DNA of 62,980 bases, counting the filler, from Choristocarpus tenellus KU-1152 (lineage: Eukaryota > Protista > Phaeophyceae): NCBI GenBank assembly GCA_964200185.2. It is 14 parts of 14 records of this genome, joined end to end, with 100 filler letters (N's around TTAATTAATTAA, not from the genome) between each part and the next. Parts side by side here need not be neighbours in the genome. Positions count along the whole stretch, not along the records: positions 57,378 to 62,980 come from CAXNAD020010275.1; 13 more parts are not named here. One strand, given 5' to 3'. How positions within the stretch are numbered: the stretch's first letter is position 1; the number at the start of each line of letters is the position of its first letter. Shown piece after piece: positions 62,852 to 62,980 of the stretch. The notes below the pieces were generated by a model. It ran no database searches. It was not told the DNA's origin and was given only the letters and a program-made list of their open reading frames with translations. Position numbers and translations under genes: made by a program.

Positions 62852-62980
62852 GGGTCAAAGTATCTGAGGGGGGGGGGGTGTTTGTGAGGGGGCATCCGTT
62901 TCGGTCAAACAACTCTTTTTTTTGCTGACATTTCAATCCGACATGTGCGACTAAATCACACCAAAAGGATGAAAACGGAC
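62852..62980 (+). mobile_element. Related MITE (same TIR, divergent body), truncated by window end
   Basis: GGGTCAAAGTATCTGAGGGG terminus. Confidence 0.7.

Overview
This window is not a contiguous locus. It is 14 short eukaryotic contigs joined by 13 identical artificial 100-nt spacers (44 N + TTAATTAATTAA + 44 N), so adjacency across a spacer means nothing. The DNA is intron-rich (GT-AG) and repeat-rich with TTAGGG motifs; this is consistent with a stramenopile, probably a brown alga, but that is inference. Partial spliced genes I could reconstruct: a SelO/YdiU AMPylase, an ASCH-domain protein head-to-head with a signal-peptide gene, a protein of at least 7 tandem Tudor-like domains, a 5-exon 2OG-Fe(II) dioxygenase, a 4-exon Sen1/Upf1-like SF1 helicase, a 4-exon type II thioesterase, FIP1 divergent from a Myb/SANT-like gene, and a long Gly-rich exon. 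There is also a frameshifted thioredoxin reductase pseudogene. Mobile DNA comprises decayed Copia and Gypsy elements, RTE and CRE-like (restriction-like endonuclease) LINE remnants with a conserved 3' hairpin-(TAA)n tail, two abundant MITE families with 4-bp TSDs, a pogo-like transposon whose ORF starts with a PHD-like finger, a Stowaway-like end and a tRNA-derived head. The best novelty candidates are the tandem-Tudor protein with RG motifs inside its repeats, the PHD-finger pogo transposase, and the clustered LINE 3' tails. No CRISPR array, rRNA or intact tRNA was found. All family calls come from motif recognition by eye, with no database searches.
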